64,000 nt of DNA from Candidatus Latescibacterota bacterium (GTDB lineage: Bacteria > Latescibacterota > UBA2968 > UBA8231), in contig CBDFJF010000001.1 of assembly GCA_965248265.1 (NCBI GenBank), positions 1,728,001 to 1,792,000 of the forward strand, in the 5' to 3' direction. Of the stretch, positions 47,610-56,873 are shown one piece after another. The position numbers and the translations under genes were made by a program. The number at the start of each line of letters is the position of its first letter. The first letter of the stretch is position 1. A model generated the notes under the pieces. It saw only the letters and a list, made by a program, of their open reading frames with translations. It was not told the origin of the DNA and ran no database searches.

Positions 47610-47945
47610 ATGACAGAACTCATACCCTACATGTTCCTGATTCTGGCGGCGGGACTTGGCGGCATCAGCATGAGGATGATGCTGGAATACAAGAAGCGCG
47701 CAGCCCGCTTTGAACGCGAGCATGTGAAGATCCGCCGGCGCAGGGATGAACACGTAGCGGTTATCGAGGAGCAGGAGGCCAAAATCAAGGAGATGGAAAG
47801 CGAAATTGAGAAGGACCAGACTGCCTTGACGGAGCTCCAGATGCAACAGCGGGAGGCGACGACGCGCTTGACTGAACTGGAAGAAATACAGGAGCGGCTC
47901 AGTCCCTCGTCTCGCCGCGTCGAGACCGACCGGGAGCAACAATAG
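47610..47945 (+). CDS. Small membrane-anchored coiled-coil protein
   Basis: N-terminal TM followed by E/K/R-rich heptads. Confidence 0.65.
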   Translation: MTELIPYMFLILAAGLGGISMRMMLEYKKRAARFEREHVKIRRRRDEHVAVIEEQEAKIKEMESEIEKDQTALTELQMQQREATTRLTELEEIQERLSPSSRRVETDREQQ

Positions 47946-48248
47946 ATGCTGATTCTTACGGTCGCTCTGTGCGTCGGCATGATGACCGTGTGCGCCCTGG
48001 TCAAAGGCTTTACGAGCCGCCGGCTGTCGGAGCTGAAGCGGGAATTGTCCACCCTGAACATCGAAGAGGGGCGCCTCAAGGAAGAACGTGGGAGGATCGA
48101 AATTCGGCTCGAGAGTGCCGAGGCTCGCAACAACAACCTGACCTTCGAACTCGAGAAGGGCAATAAAGAGCTGGAAGACCTGTCGGAGCTGGTCGGCGAG
48201 TTGGAGACCAAGATGTCGAGGGCGGAAGCCAACGACGAAGACGCCTGA
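47946..48248 (+). CDS. Small membrane-anchored coiled-coil protein
   Basis: N-terminal TM and leucine heptads; abuts previous gene. Confidence 0.65.
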   Translation: MLILTVALCVGMMTVCALVKGFTSRRLSELKRELSTLNIEEGRLKEERGRIEIRLESAEARNNNLTFELEKGNKELEDLSELVGELETKMSRAEANDEDA

Positions 48249-48321
48249 TTTCCGGGTTTACCGACCACCCCCTATATTATTTTGTCTCTGTTTTGCGGCT
48301 CATTATCAAGGATTTGGTTCC

Positions 48322-49194
48322 ATGCTGACCCAAGCTCAAATCGACGAATACCGCGCCAGGGGCTTTCTCGCCGTCGACGATGTTCTCACTCCAACCGAGG
48401 TGCAGGAACTGAAGGACGTCACCGATGAGTTCATCGACAAATCACGCGCCTTCACCGAACACACTGACGTGTTCGATCTGGAGCCCGATCACACCGCGGA
48501 TGCTCCCAAGTTGCGACGCCTGGTCAATCCCGCCAGCAACCACGAGGCCTACGACCGCACCCTGCGACATGACAGGATTCTCGACATGGTCTCCCAGTTG
48601 GTCGGCACGGCATCCGTTCGCACCAACGGTGACAAGCTCAACATGAAGGCAAGCGAGGCGGGTAGTCCAGTCGAATGGCACCAGGACTGGGCTTTTTATC
48701 CCCACACCAATGACGACCTGTTGGCGGTCGGCGTGGCCATCGACGACATGACCCAGCAGAACGGGTGTCTGCTGGTAATTCCCGGATCGCATAAGGGTAA
48801 GGTGTACGACCACCACCAGGACGGCCGATTCGTCGGCGCCGTGACCGAGCCGAATTTCGACGACTCCAGTGCAGAGGCAATCGAGGTAAGAGCGGGGGGC
48901 ATATCCATTCACCATGTTCGCACCCTGCACGGCTCCATGCCCAACACCTCGTCCAATCCACGTCGGCTTTTCCTGCTCATGTACTGCTCTGGGGACTCCT
49001 TCTCCCTGACCGCGACCCCGGGCCAGATAACGGATTGGGAAGACTACGAGAAATCCTTCCTTCGAGGAGGGCCCTCCCAGGATGTACGCATCGAGGCATG
49101 CCCCGTGCGCCTGCCACTTCCCGGGCCCTTGAAGCCGGGATCGATCTTCGAGAACCAGACGGTTCTCAGACAATCGAACATCAAGACGGCCTGA
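48322..49194 (+). CDS. PhyH-family dioxygenase
   Basis: WHQDWAFYP, NGCLLVIPGSH, LHGS.PN...RR. Confidence 0.9.
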   Translation: MLTQAQIDEYRARGFLAVDDVLTPTEVQELKDVTDEFIDKSRAFTEHTDVFDLEPDHTADAPKLRRLVNPASNHEAYDRTLRHDRILDMVSQLVGTASVRTNGDKLNMKASEAGSPVEWHQDWAFYPHTNDDLLAVGVAIDDMTQQNGCLLVIPGSHKGKVYDHHQDGRFVGAVTEPNFDDSSAEAIEVRAGGISIHHVRTLHGSMPNTSSNPRRLFLLMYCSGDSFSLTATPGQITDWEDYEKSFLRGGPSQDVRIEACPVRLPLPGPLKPGSIFENQTVLRQSNIKTA

Positions 49195-49287
49195 GAACTA
49201 CACGGCGGCCGCTTCTGACCCTGATTGGGTTGGACATCAGTCCAGTCACCGACTGGGCCGCCACGACTCCATCCTGACAGGATCTCC

Positions 49288-50376
49288 ATGAAAACCTACC
49301 GCACTGCCCTCATCGGCTGCAGCCGCATGGGCGCCTTCATCGACAACGAGACACCGCCCGATCACCTGGCGTACTCTCACGCTGCCGGCTACGAGGAATG
49401 CGCACGCACGGAGATGGTGGCCTGCGCGGACCTGCGAGAGGATCTCATGGAACAGGTCGGCATCCGCTACGGTGTGCCCAAAGAAAGACAGTACCTCGAC
49501 TACCGCGAGATGATCGAAGCGGAAAAGCCAGACATCGTCAGCGTCGCCACCCAGCCTGAACCCCGGGCCCAGATGGTCGTCTACGCTGCCGAACATGGGG
49601 TCCCGGCGATCTACTGCGAGAAGGCCATGGCCGCTTCCCTGGCCGACGCGGATGCCATGGTGGAGGCCGTCGAACGCAACGGGGTATTCCTCAACATGGG
49701 TACCAACCGGCGTTGGGACCCTGGATATGATGCGTTGAAGGCGGTCATCGACGGTGGTCGACTTGGCGACCTGAAAAGCGCCATCAGCCACTCCTGTGGG
49801 CCGCTCTTCAACTCCGCCAGTCACATGTTCGACCTGCTCCTGCGTGTCAACGACGACGTGCCGGTGGCCTGGGTGCAGGCGCACCTCACCGACGCGGACG
49901 AGATCATCGACGGGGAACTTCTGCGCGGCGATCCTGTCGGCGAGGGCATCATACAGGCTGAGAATGGCGTCACCCTCTACGCCTTGAACTCCAACCGGGG
50001 GGTCGAGCTGGAGGCCATATGCGAGCGTGGCACCCTTGAGGGATGGAACAACGCTACCTCCTGGTTCCTGCGCGAGTCGGGAGGCCTCGACTATACCCGC
50101 CGCCGCCACATCCTGGTCCCCGGAGAATTTCCGCCCTTCGAAGATGCCAGTTCCACGGTGCGGCTGATCGAAGACCTGGTGCATTCCCTCGATACCAGCG
50201 AGCCTCCTCGCGGCGGCGTGCGTGTGGCCCGCGCCAACATGGAGTTGATCTTCGCCTTCGTGGAATCGCACGCCCGTGGAGGCCAACGCGTGGAACTACC
50301 GTTGGCAGACAGTGCCTACCGCCTGCAGATACCGCCGAGGACAGCACGACCCAGGCTGGAGCGGACAGACTCCTGA
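49288..50376 (+). CDS. Gfo/Idh/MocA oxidoreductase
   Basis: ALIGCSRMG, PDIVSVAT, CEKAMA, SHMFD. Confidence 0.88.
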   Translation: MKTYRTALIGCSRMGAFIDNETPPDHLAYSHAAGYEECARTEMVACADLREDLMEQVGIRYGVPKERQYLDYREMIEAEKPDIVSVATQPEPRAQMVVYAAEHGVPAIYCEKAMAASLADADAMVEAVERNGVFLNMGTNRRWDPGYDALKAVIDGGRLGDLKSAISHSCGPLFNSASHMFDLLLRVNDDVPVAWVQAHLTDADEIIDGELLRGDPVGEGIIQAENGVTLYALNSNRGVELEAICERGTLEGWNNATSWFLRESGGLDYTRRRHILVPGEFPPFEDASSTVRLIEDLVHSLDTSEPPRGGVRVARANMELIFAFVESHARGGQRVELPLADSAYRLQIPPRTARPRLERTDS

Positions 50377-50399
50377 CCCGTCGGTAACCTGGCACGGCC

Positions 50400-51314
50400 T
50401 CACCGCTGTACCTTCACTTCTACTCCCATCACCCTTTCCCACACCTTCACCATCGCCGCCTTGCTCTCGTCACCATGTCCTTGAGCCAGGGCCATCTGAT
50501 AGGTCTGCATGGCCGCGGACGCCACCGGCAGCGGCACCCGGCGTTCGTTCGCTCTGGCCATGATGTTGTCCATGTCCTTGTAGGCCAGATGCATCTTGTA
50601 ACCGGTCTCAAAATCGCCCTGAAGAATCCGCTCTGAAAAGAAATCGAAACCGAAACTTTGCCCTGAGCTGGTACCGACAACCGCTCTGACCTTTTCGGGA
50701 TCGAGCCCCAGCCTGGTCGCGAAGGGGAGCATCTCAGCCAGTGCTGCACAGGAAATATTGAACAATACGTTATTCGTCATCTTCATCAGCTGCCCGTTGC
50801 CGGCGGGTCCCATGTGCACGACGAGCTCGCCAATCGTATGCAAAAGTGGCAGGACTTTTTCGAAGGCACCCTCATCTCCACCCACCATGATGGTCAGGGT
50901 GCCGTCCTCGGCACGCGCATCCAGGCCAGACACCGGCGCGTCCAGCCAAAAAACACCACTGGCGGCCTGCTCCTCCGCCAGCTCACAGGTCTGCGTGGGA
51001 TCCGTGGTGCCACAGTCGATGATGATCTGACCCCGACGCAGCGCCTGGCTCATCCCCCCATCGCCGTGGAGGACCTCGTTGACTGACTTGCCATCCGGGA
51101 GGGATAGGATTAGCCAATCGCACTGCTCCGCGACATAGCGTGGACTGTCGGCGGCATGGGCGCCGGCGCGGACGATCGGGTCTAGCGCCTCGGCCCGCAC
51201 ATCGTAAGCCCACAGGTCATAGCCCTGTTCGATGACGTTGCGTGCCATTCGTCCACCCATGGCGCCTACTCCGATGAAGCCGATGACTCCGTCGACGTCG
51301 ACACTCTCTTTCAT
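50400..51314 (-). CDS. NAD(P)-dependent oxidoreductase, 3-hydroxyisobutyrate dehydrogenase/tartronate semialdehyde reductase family
   Basis: GFIGVGAMG, DAPVSG, LTIMVGG, KMTNN, KD. Confidence 0.9.
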   Translation of the reverse strand: MKESVDVDGVIGFIGVGAMGGRMARNVIEQGYDLWAYDVRAEALDPIVRAGAHAADSPRYVAEQCDWLILSLPDGKSVNEVLHGDGGMSQALRRGQIIIDCGTTDPTQTCELAEEQAASGVFWLDAPVSGLDARAEDGTLTIMVGGDEGAFEKVLPLLHTIGELVVHMGPAGNGQLMKMTNNVLFNISCAALAEMLPFATRLGLDPEKVRAVVGTSSGQSFGFDFFSERILQGDFETGYKMHLAYKDMDNIMARANERRVPLPVASAAMQTYQMALAQGHGDESKAAMVKVWERVMGVEVKVQR

Positions 51315-51387
51315 TACCCAATTCTCCTGAGTAGATTTCTGCCCTTGCTATTGCTGTTAGACGATTTGCCACGACGAGGAGGTTGTT

Positions 51388-51951
51388 GTGCCGACCCGAA
51401 TTCCACAGTTGGACAGATCAGACCTCCATGAGAGCCACCGCCCCATCTACGATTCCGTCGTCGCCAGCCGGGGTACGATCAGCGGGCCCTTCCGCATCTG
51501 GCTGCACAGCCCCGAGTTCGCGGACCGGGCTCAGCGCCTCGGACAGTTCGTGCGCTATGACACCAGCCTGCCGGCCAGGCTCAGCGAACTGGCCATTCTG
51601 GTCTGTGCCCGCTTCATGGACTGCCAGGTGGAGTGGAGTCTGCATGAACAAGCGGCCCTGGACGGCGGCCTGGCCGTTGATGTCGTCGACGCGATTCGCG
51701 AGCGGCGTGTTCCGGCATTCGGTTCGGAGGACGAACGTGCGGTGTACAATTTTACCGGCGAACTACTGGAATCCCGGTCCGTCGAGGACCACACCTTCGC
51801 CAACACCCGCAGCCACCTGGCGGATGCCCAACTGGTCGAACTCACCGGACTCATCGGTTACTACTGCACCGTCGCCATGACCCTCAACGCCTTCCAGGTG
51901 CCACTTCCCGAGGGTACCCTGCCCACGCTGGTCGATTGCCCGACCTTCTGA
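51388..51951 (+). CDS. Carboxymuconolactone decarboxylase family protein
   Basis: GPF.IWLHSP, ELAIL, EW..H, ELTGLIGYY. Confidence 0.85.
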   Translation: MPTRIPQLDRSDLHESHRPIYDSVVASRGTISGPFRIWLHSPEFADRAQRLGQFVRYDTSLPARLSELAILVCARFMDCQVEWSLHEQAALDGGLAVDVVDAIRERRVPAFGSEDERAVYNFTGELLESRSVEDHTFANTRSHLADAQLVELTGLIGYYCTVAMTLNAFQVPLPEGTLPTLVDCPTF

Positions 51952-51990
51952 CCTCCGGAAGACCCCAGCATGGTGATCAGTTTATTGCAA

Positions 51991-52884
51991 TCAGTTCTTT
52001 ATGAACGTCCCGTTGTTCAATTCGGCGTACGCCGCGCGCAATTCCTCTTGCGTATTCATCACAATCGGACCGCGCCAGGCGACCGGCTCCTCCAGCGGTT
52101 GACCCGATACCAGTAGAAAGCGAATTCCGGATTCACCGGCCTGTACGGTGACCTCGTCGCCCCGATCGAAGAGCACCAGCGATCGATTCACAACCAGGCT
52201 CCCATCAGCCGCGCCTACGCCTTCCGTCAACACCTCCTGCGGCTCGGAGGCGTCGCGGAAGGTGCCCGCTCCGTTGAAGACGTAGGCGAAGGCATGCCGC
52301 GACGTCTCAACGGGAAGCGTCTTGCGTTGGCCCGGCGGCACCCACACATCGAGATAGCGCGGATCCGTGGCGATGCCATCTACGGGGCCGGTCTTGCCCC
52401 AGAATTCCCCGCAGATGATGCGGACACTGGTGCCGTCGTCGTCGGTAACCTCCGGGACATCTCCTGAAATGACGTCCTGGTACCTGGGGGCCGTCATCTT
52501 CTCGCTTGCCGGCAGATTGGCCCACAGCTGAAAGCCGTGCATGCGACCCTGGGGATCGCCCTGGGGCATCTCCTGATGCAGGATCCCTCGTCCCGCAGTC
52601 ATCCACTGCACGTCACCAGCCGCCAACGCCCCCCGGTTGCCCAGACTGTCGCCGTGGGAGACCGTGCCGGCCAGCACATAGGTGATGGTCTCTATGCCGC
52701 GGTGAGGGTGCCAGGGGAAACCGGCGAGATAATCATTGGGGTCGTCGTTGCGAAAATCGTCGAACAGCAGAAAAGGGTCGAACTCCTCGGTCTCGCCGAA
52801 GCCGAAGGCGCGGTGCAGCCGCACTCCGGCGCCTTCTACGGTGGGTTTGCCCGCGATGACTCGCTTGACTGGTCGGATGGACAC
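51991..52884 (-). CDS. Pirin family protein
   Basis: DPFLLFD, HPHRGIET, QWMTAGRGILHQE, GPIVMN. Confidence 0.95.
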   Translation of the reverse strand: MSIRPVKRVIAGKPTVEGAGVRLHRAFGFGETEEFDPFLLFDDFRNDDPNDYLAGFPWHPHRGIETITYVLAGTVSHGDSLGNRGALAAGDVQWMTAGRGILHQEMPQGDPQGRMHGFQLWANLPASEKMTAPRYQDVISGDVPEVTDDDGTSVRIICGEFWGKTGPVDGIATDPRYLDVWVPPGQRKTLPVETSRHAFAYVFNGAGTFRDASEPQEVLTEGVGAADGSLVVNRSLVLFDRGDEVTVQAGESGIRFLLVSGQPLEEPVAWRGPIVMNTQEELRAAYAELNNGTFIKN

Positions 52885-53054
52885 GTGTGTTACCTCGTAA
52901 AGGAGAATGGACGTTGGCTTTTTGACGCGCGACGCCAGCTGGCTACCTTCGAATGGTAGCAGTCAGCTATTAGTATGTCGGATGCCACACCAGTTGTCGA
53001 GGGCCGGTCCCCCCACACCCGACGATCTCACGATTGTCCATGAGAAAGAGCGCG

Positions 53055-54104
53055 ATGCCCAACTTCACTGAAGAGCAGTTGACGGAAACCATGACCAAAA
53101 TCCTTGCCGCCGTCGGACTGTCAGAGGAAAATGCCCGGTTGGTGGCGCAGCTGTTGGCCGAGGCCAATAGCATGGGCCACGATTCCCATGGAATCATCCG
53201 TATCCCGCAGTACCTCGATTTGGTCGAGAAGGGTGAAATCGTTGCGGATGCCGAGGTCGAGGTGCTTCAGGATAGCATGCTCACTCCGATCGTCGACGGG
53301 AATTGGGGATTCGGACAGGTCACCATGAACCGGGCGGTTGAGATCGGCCTCGAAAAAGCCAGCCAAAGCGGCCTCGCGGCCGTCGCCGTGCGCGGCTCCA
53401 ACCACATTGGGCGCCTTGGCAGCTACGTCGATCGCATCGCCCGTCAGGGGATGATCGGTCTGATGTTCGTCAATGCCGTGGGCACCCCCGCCTTCAGAAT
53501 GGCTCCCTGGGGAGGGACCGAGCCACGGCTGGTGACGGACCCACTGGCCTTCGGCATCCCGTCCCCATCTGGTGAACCCATCGTCATGGACATGACGACG
53601 ACGGTTGTTGCCGAGGGCAAAGTCAGAGTCAAACGCAACCGCGGCGAGCAGACACCGGATGGCTGGTTGCTCGACTCCGATGGGAACCCCACCAATGACC
53701 CCAACGACCTCTACGGGGATCCGCCCGGCAGCATCCTGCCGCTGGGAGGTGCTACGGCTGGCCACAAGGGCTACGGACTCAATATTGCCATCGAACTTCT
53801 CGCCGGCGTGCTGACCGGAACCGGATCCACCGGCACTGGTGAGCGGCTGGCCAATGGTGTCCTCCTCATCATCCTCGACATCGCCCAGTTCCTGCCGCTG
53901 GATGAATTCCACCAGCAGGCGAATTCCTTCATCGCCCACGTCAAATCCTCACCGCCAGCCCCCGGATTCGACGAGATCCTGCTCCCCGGAGAAATAGAGC
54001 ATAAGGTGAGGGAACAACGCACCCAGGACGGCATCTTCGTCGAGGATGAAACCTGGGAGCAGATCATCGAATGGGGAAACAAGCTCGGAGTCAGCCTGTC
54101 GTAG
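53055..54104 (+). CDS. Ldh_2 (malate/L-lactate/sulfolactate dehydrogenase) family oxidoreductase
   Basis: GHDSHG, NHIGRLG, DMTT, HKGYGL, LPGE. Confidence 0.9.
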   Translation: MPNFTEEQLTETMTKILAAVGLSEENARLVAQLLAEANSMGHDSHGIIRIPQYLDLVEKGEIVADAEVEVLQDSMLTPIVDGNWGFGQVTMNRAVEIGLEKASQSGLAAVAVRGSNHIGRLGSYVDRIARQGMIGLMFVNAVGTPAFRMAPWGGTEPRLVTDPLAFGIPSPSGEPIVMDMTTTVVAEGKVRVKRNRGEQTPDGWLLDSDGNPTNDPNDLYGDPPGSILPLGGATAGHKGYGLNIAIELLAGVLTGTGSTGTGERLANGVLLIILDIAQFLPLDEFHQQANSFIAHVKSSPPAPGFDEILLPGEIEHKVREQRTQDGIFVEDETWEQIIEWGNKLGVSLS

Positions 54105-54140
54105 CAACGCTGACGGCCATCTTCCGCGGGTAACAGGACC

Positions 54141-54698
54141 CTACTCAGCGGGCGCGTCGTCCGCTGGCTCCGCCGGGGCTTCCTCTGCCGCATCCTCCGC
54201 GGGAGTCTCCTCGGTATCTGCGTCCTCGATCTCCTCCGACATGGCTTCTTTCCCTATTCTGCCACCACCCTTTTCCGGGACGGCCAGGACCGGGACGGGT
54301 GAAGCGCGCATGACCTTATCCACGACGCTGCCGATCATGAGCCGTTTGAGCCCGCTCAGTCCGTGTGTCCCCATGACGATGAGGTCCGCTTTTTCCTTCT
54401 TGGCCAGGTAGACGACCTGGGCAGCCGGCAGGCCCGGAACAATTCGCTTTTCTACTTTCCTGCTCTTTGGCAGGCACTTCTTGACGAAGTCGTCCATCAT
54501 CTTGTGCGCCGCTTCGTCCAGGTTTCGCAGCACCTTCTTTCCGGGTTTTTTCGAGGCGTAGAAACCCGGAGAGTTGGCGGGGTCATGGATGACGTGCAGG
54601 AGAATCATCTTGGTGTTGAACTTCGTGGCGATCTTGTCGGCGAACGCCAGAGCCTTGCGGGACCCCTGGGAGAAATCAACTGCGACGAGGATCTTCAT
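54141..54698 (-). CDS. Universal stress protein with acidic tail
   Basis: ILVAVDFS, DLIVMGTHG..IGSV, PVPVLAV. Confidence 0.92.
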   Translation of the reverse strand: MKILVAVDFSQGSRKALAFADKIATKFNTKMILLHVIHDPANSPGFYASKKPGKKVLRNLDEAAHKMMDDFVKKCLPKSRKVEKRIVPGLPAAQVVYLAKKEKADLIVMGTHGLSGLKRLMIGSVVDKVMRASPVPVLAVPEKGGGRIGKEAMSEEIEDADTEETPAEDAAEEAPAEPADDAPAE

Positions 54699-54728
54699 GG
54701 TCCATGTCTCCTTGCTGGACTGTTCGAA

Positions 54729-56585
54729 CTACGACTGCTGCTGCGTGGCAGCCAACGGTTGCGGCCCGCCCTTCTTACGCTCGCCGCCTCGGGTATCGAG
54801 ATAACCCTCGAGCATGGTGTAAGCAATCGTTTCCGCGTATGAATTGATGCGCTGCAGGTAATCGGCCACGTCGAGATACAGGTGGTTGACCTCGCGCGAC
54901 CCTTCCTGAACGCTGCTCAGCTCGCCGAAGTGCGTCATCTCGTAGCGGTGGCCCAGATCGGTCAGGGCCTCCCTTGACCGAATGACCTGACGTGCTTCCT
55001 CCGGGCTGTTGCGCTCGAAGGCCTGCATGACTGTCTCAAAATTCCGCAGCACGCCCCGGTGATACCCGCGCAGTTGCTCGTTACCCTCGTCCGAAAACTC
55101 GATGCCCGCTTCCCCTTTTCGCCGTAGCAGTGGTACGAGATCTCTGCGGACAAGATCGCTGATGTGCTCCAGATCGGTGGCGATATTCATCAACTGCGTG
55201 CCGAACGCTGATTGCTCCTGGTTCAGAGGCCGGCGTGAAATCTCAAGCAGGTAGTTGTCGATTTCCTCAGCGACATATTCGACCTCGTCCTGCCGTTTGA
55301 GAATATCGTCGCCGACACTGACATGGTTGGCAATAAAAGCCGGAACGATGTCTTCGACGATGCCCCGAACCATTTCGGCGATTCGCGCTATCTCGCCGCG
55401 GGTTTGCTCGAGCGCGATCGAAGGCACCGCGAACAGGTCGGGGTCGAGGTGAATGGTCGTCCACTCCCGTCGAGTCACATCGGCAACCGCCTCCTCTTCC
55501 CTATCGGGCAGCAAGAACTCGACGATGCGAGCAAACTGACCGGCAAACGGTAAGAACACGATGGTGTTGACGACGTTGAAAATCGTGTGTGCGTTGGCGA
55601 TCTGGCGCGGAGTCTCAGCTGCCGTTTTCTCCACCCCCGAGAGACCGGCCGCAACCGGGGATATCCACACCACGATTTTTCCCAGCTGGTCAATCAAGCC
55701 CACCCACAGCAATACCCCGATGACGTTGAAGAGGATGTGGACGAGGCTGGCACGTACCGCCTCACGCGGTTTGCCGATGGATGCCAATATCGCTGTAATG
55801 CAGGTGCCGATGTTGGCGCCGAACGCCAGGGCAATGCCCGCCGGCAGGCTGATCAACCCCTGACCTGCCATGACGATTACGATACCCGTGGTCGCAGCCG
55901 AGGACTGGATAAGGCCCGTGAACGCGGCCGCTACCGTAATCGCCAGCAGGGGCGACTCCATTTGGGTCATGAGCTCGAGGAAGGGTCCGTAGGAGCGCAG
56001 GGGATGCATGGCGCTGCTCATCATCCCCATGCCCATACACATGAAGCCGTATTGCTTGAGCTCTTCCTTCTTGCCCAGGAAGGATGCGGCAAAACCCACG
56101 GCCACCAGCAGCAAGGCGTACTTGGTTACCTTGAAAGCGATGATCTGAGCCGTGACAGTGCTGCCAATATTGGCGCCGAAGATGACACTGACGGATTGGG
56201 ACAGGGACATGATGTTGGCGGTGATGAAACCCACCACGAGCACCGTGGTCACCGAGGAGGACTGTACGCAGGCGGTGACGAAGGCTCCGGTCAGCGCTCC
56301 GGTGACGCGGTTGGTAGTCAGCCTGGCGAGAACGTCTTTCAGGCTGTCGCCAGCGCGGGCCTTCAGCGCATCTGCCAGCTGTTCCATGCCGAACAGAAAA
56401 AGGGCCAGTCCGCCCACCAGCCCCATACCCATGGTGAAGATGTCGAGTTGACTCGGTGCGGCCGCATCTTCCTTACTCAAGGCGAAGACCCGGATGCTGA
56501 CCAGACCCACCAGAAGGCTGGACAGGAAGAGCAGCCTCAGAATCGGCTGGCGTCGTATGAAACTGAAGACCCCGATCGTACTCAT
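54729..56585 (-). CDS. Na/Pi cotransporter family protein with PhoU domains
   Basis: QSSSVTT..GANIGST and QSSAATT..GANIGT repeats, C-terminal PhoU-like helices. Confidence 0.9.
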   Translation of the reverse strand: MSTIGVFSFIRRQPILRLLFLSSLLVGLVSIRVFALSKEDAAAPSQLDIFTMGMGLVGGLALFLFGMEQLADALKARAGDSLKDVLARLTTNRVTGALTGAFVTACVQSSSVTTVLVVGFITANIMSLSQSVSVIFGANIGSTVTAQIIAFKVTKYALLLVAVGFAASFLGKKEELKQYGFMCMGMGMMSSAMHPLRSYGPFLELMTQMESPLLAITVAAAFTGLIQSSAATTGIVIVMAGQGLISLPAGIALAFGANIGTCITAILASIGKPREAVRASLVHILFNVIGVLLWVGLIDQLGKIVVWISPVAAGLSGVEKTAAETPRQIANAHTIFNVVNTIVFLPFAGQFARIVEFLLPDREEEAVADVTRREWTTIHLDPDLFAVPSIALEQTRGEIARIAEMVRGIVEDIVPAFIANHVSVGDDILKRQDEVEYVAEEIDNYLLEISRRPLNQEQSAFGTQLMNIATDLEHISDLVRRDLVPLLRRKGEAGIEFSDEGNEQLRGYHRGVLRNFETVMQAFERNSPEEARQVIRSREALTDLGHRYEMTHFGELSSVQEGSREVNHLYLDVADYLQRINSYAETIAYTMLEGYLDTRGGERKKGGPQPLAATQQQS

Positions 56586-56873
56586 CGTTGCCCCCCTTGT
56601 CGGAGATGGACCATCAGTATTTGCACCCCCAAATCAACAGAACTTGGACCTGGCCATAGAGGAGGCCAGGTCTCGCAAAACGCCTAAAGCCTACAAAGTC
56701 CTCGAATAAGGTAGCAAAGTGAGACCGCCGTGACACATCCCGTCCGAACCTGGCTGCAGCGACTGGGAACAGGGATCATCCGTTGCGTAATCCGGGCGCC
56801 TTGACCACACGCCGGAGAATGGGCTTAATCCACTGTAATACACGAGTACCAGGTACTCATTAACCCAACGAAA

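Noticed and set aside
55587-56687. Long antisense ORFs (also 1803-2852, 49246-50286, 15179-15958)
   Set aside because: Shadows of well-supported opposite-strand genes in GC-rich DNA, with no motifs.
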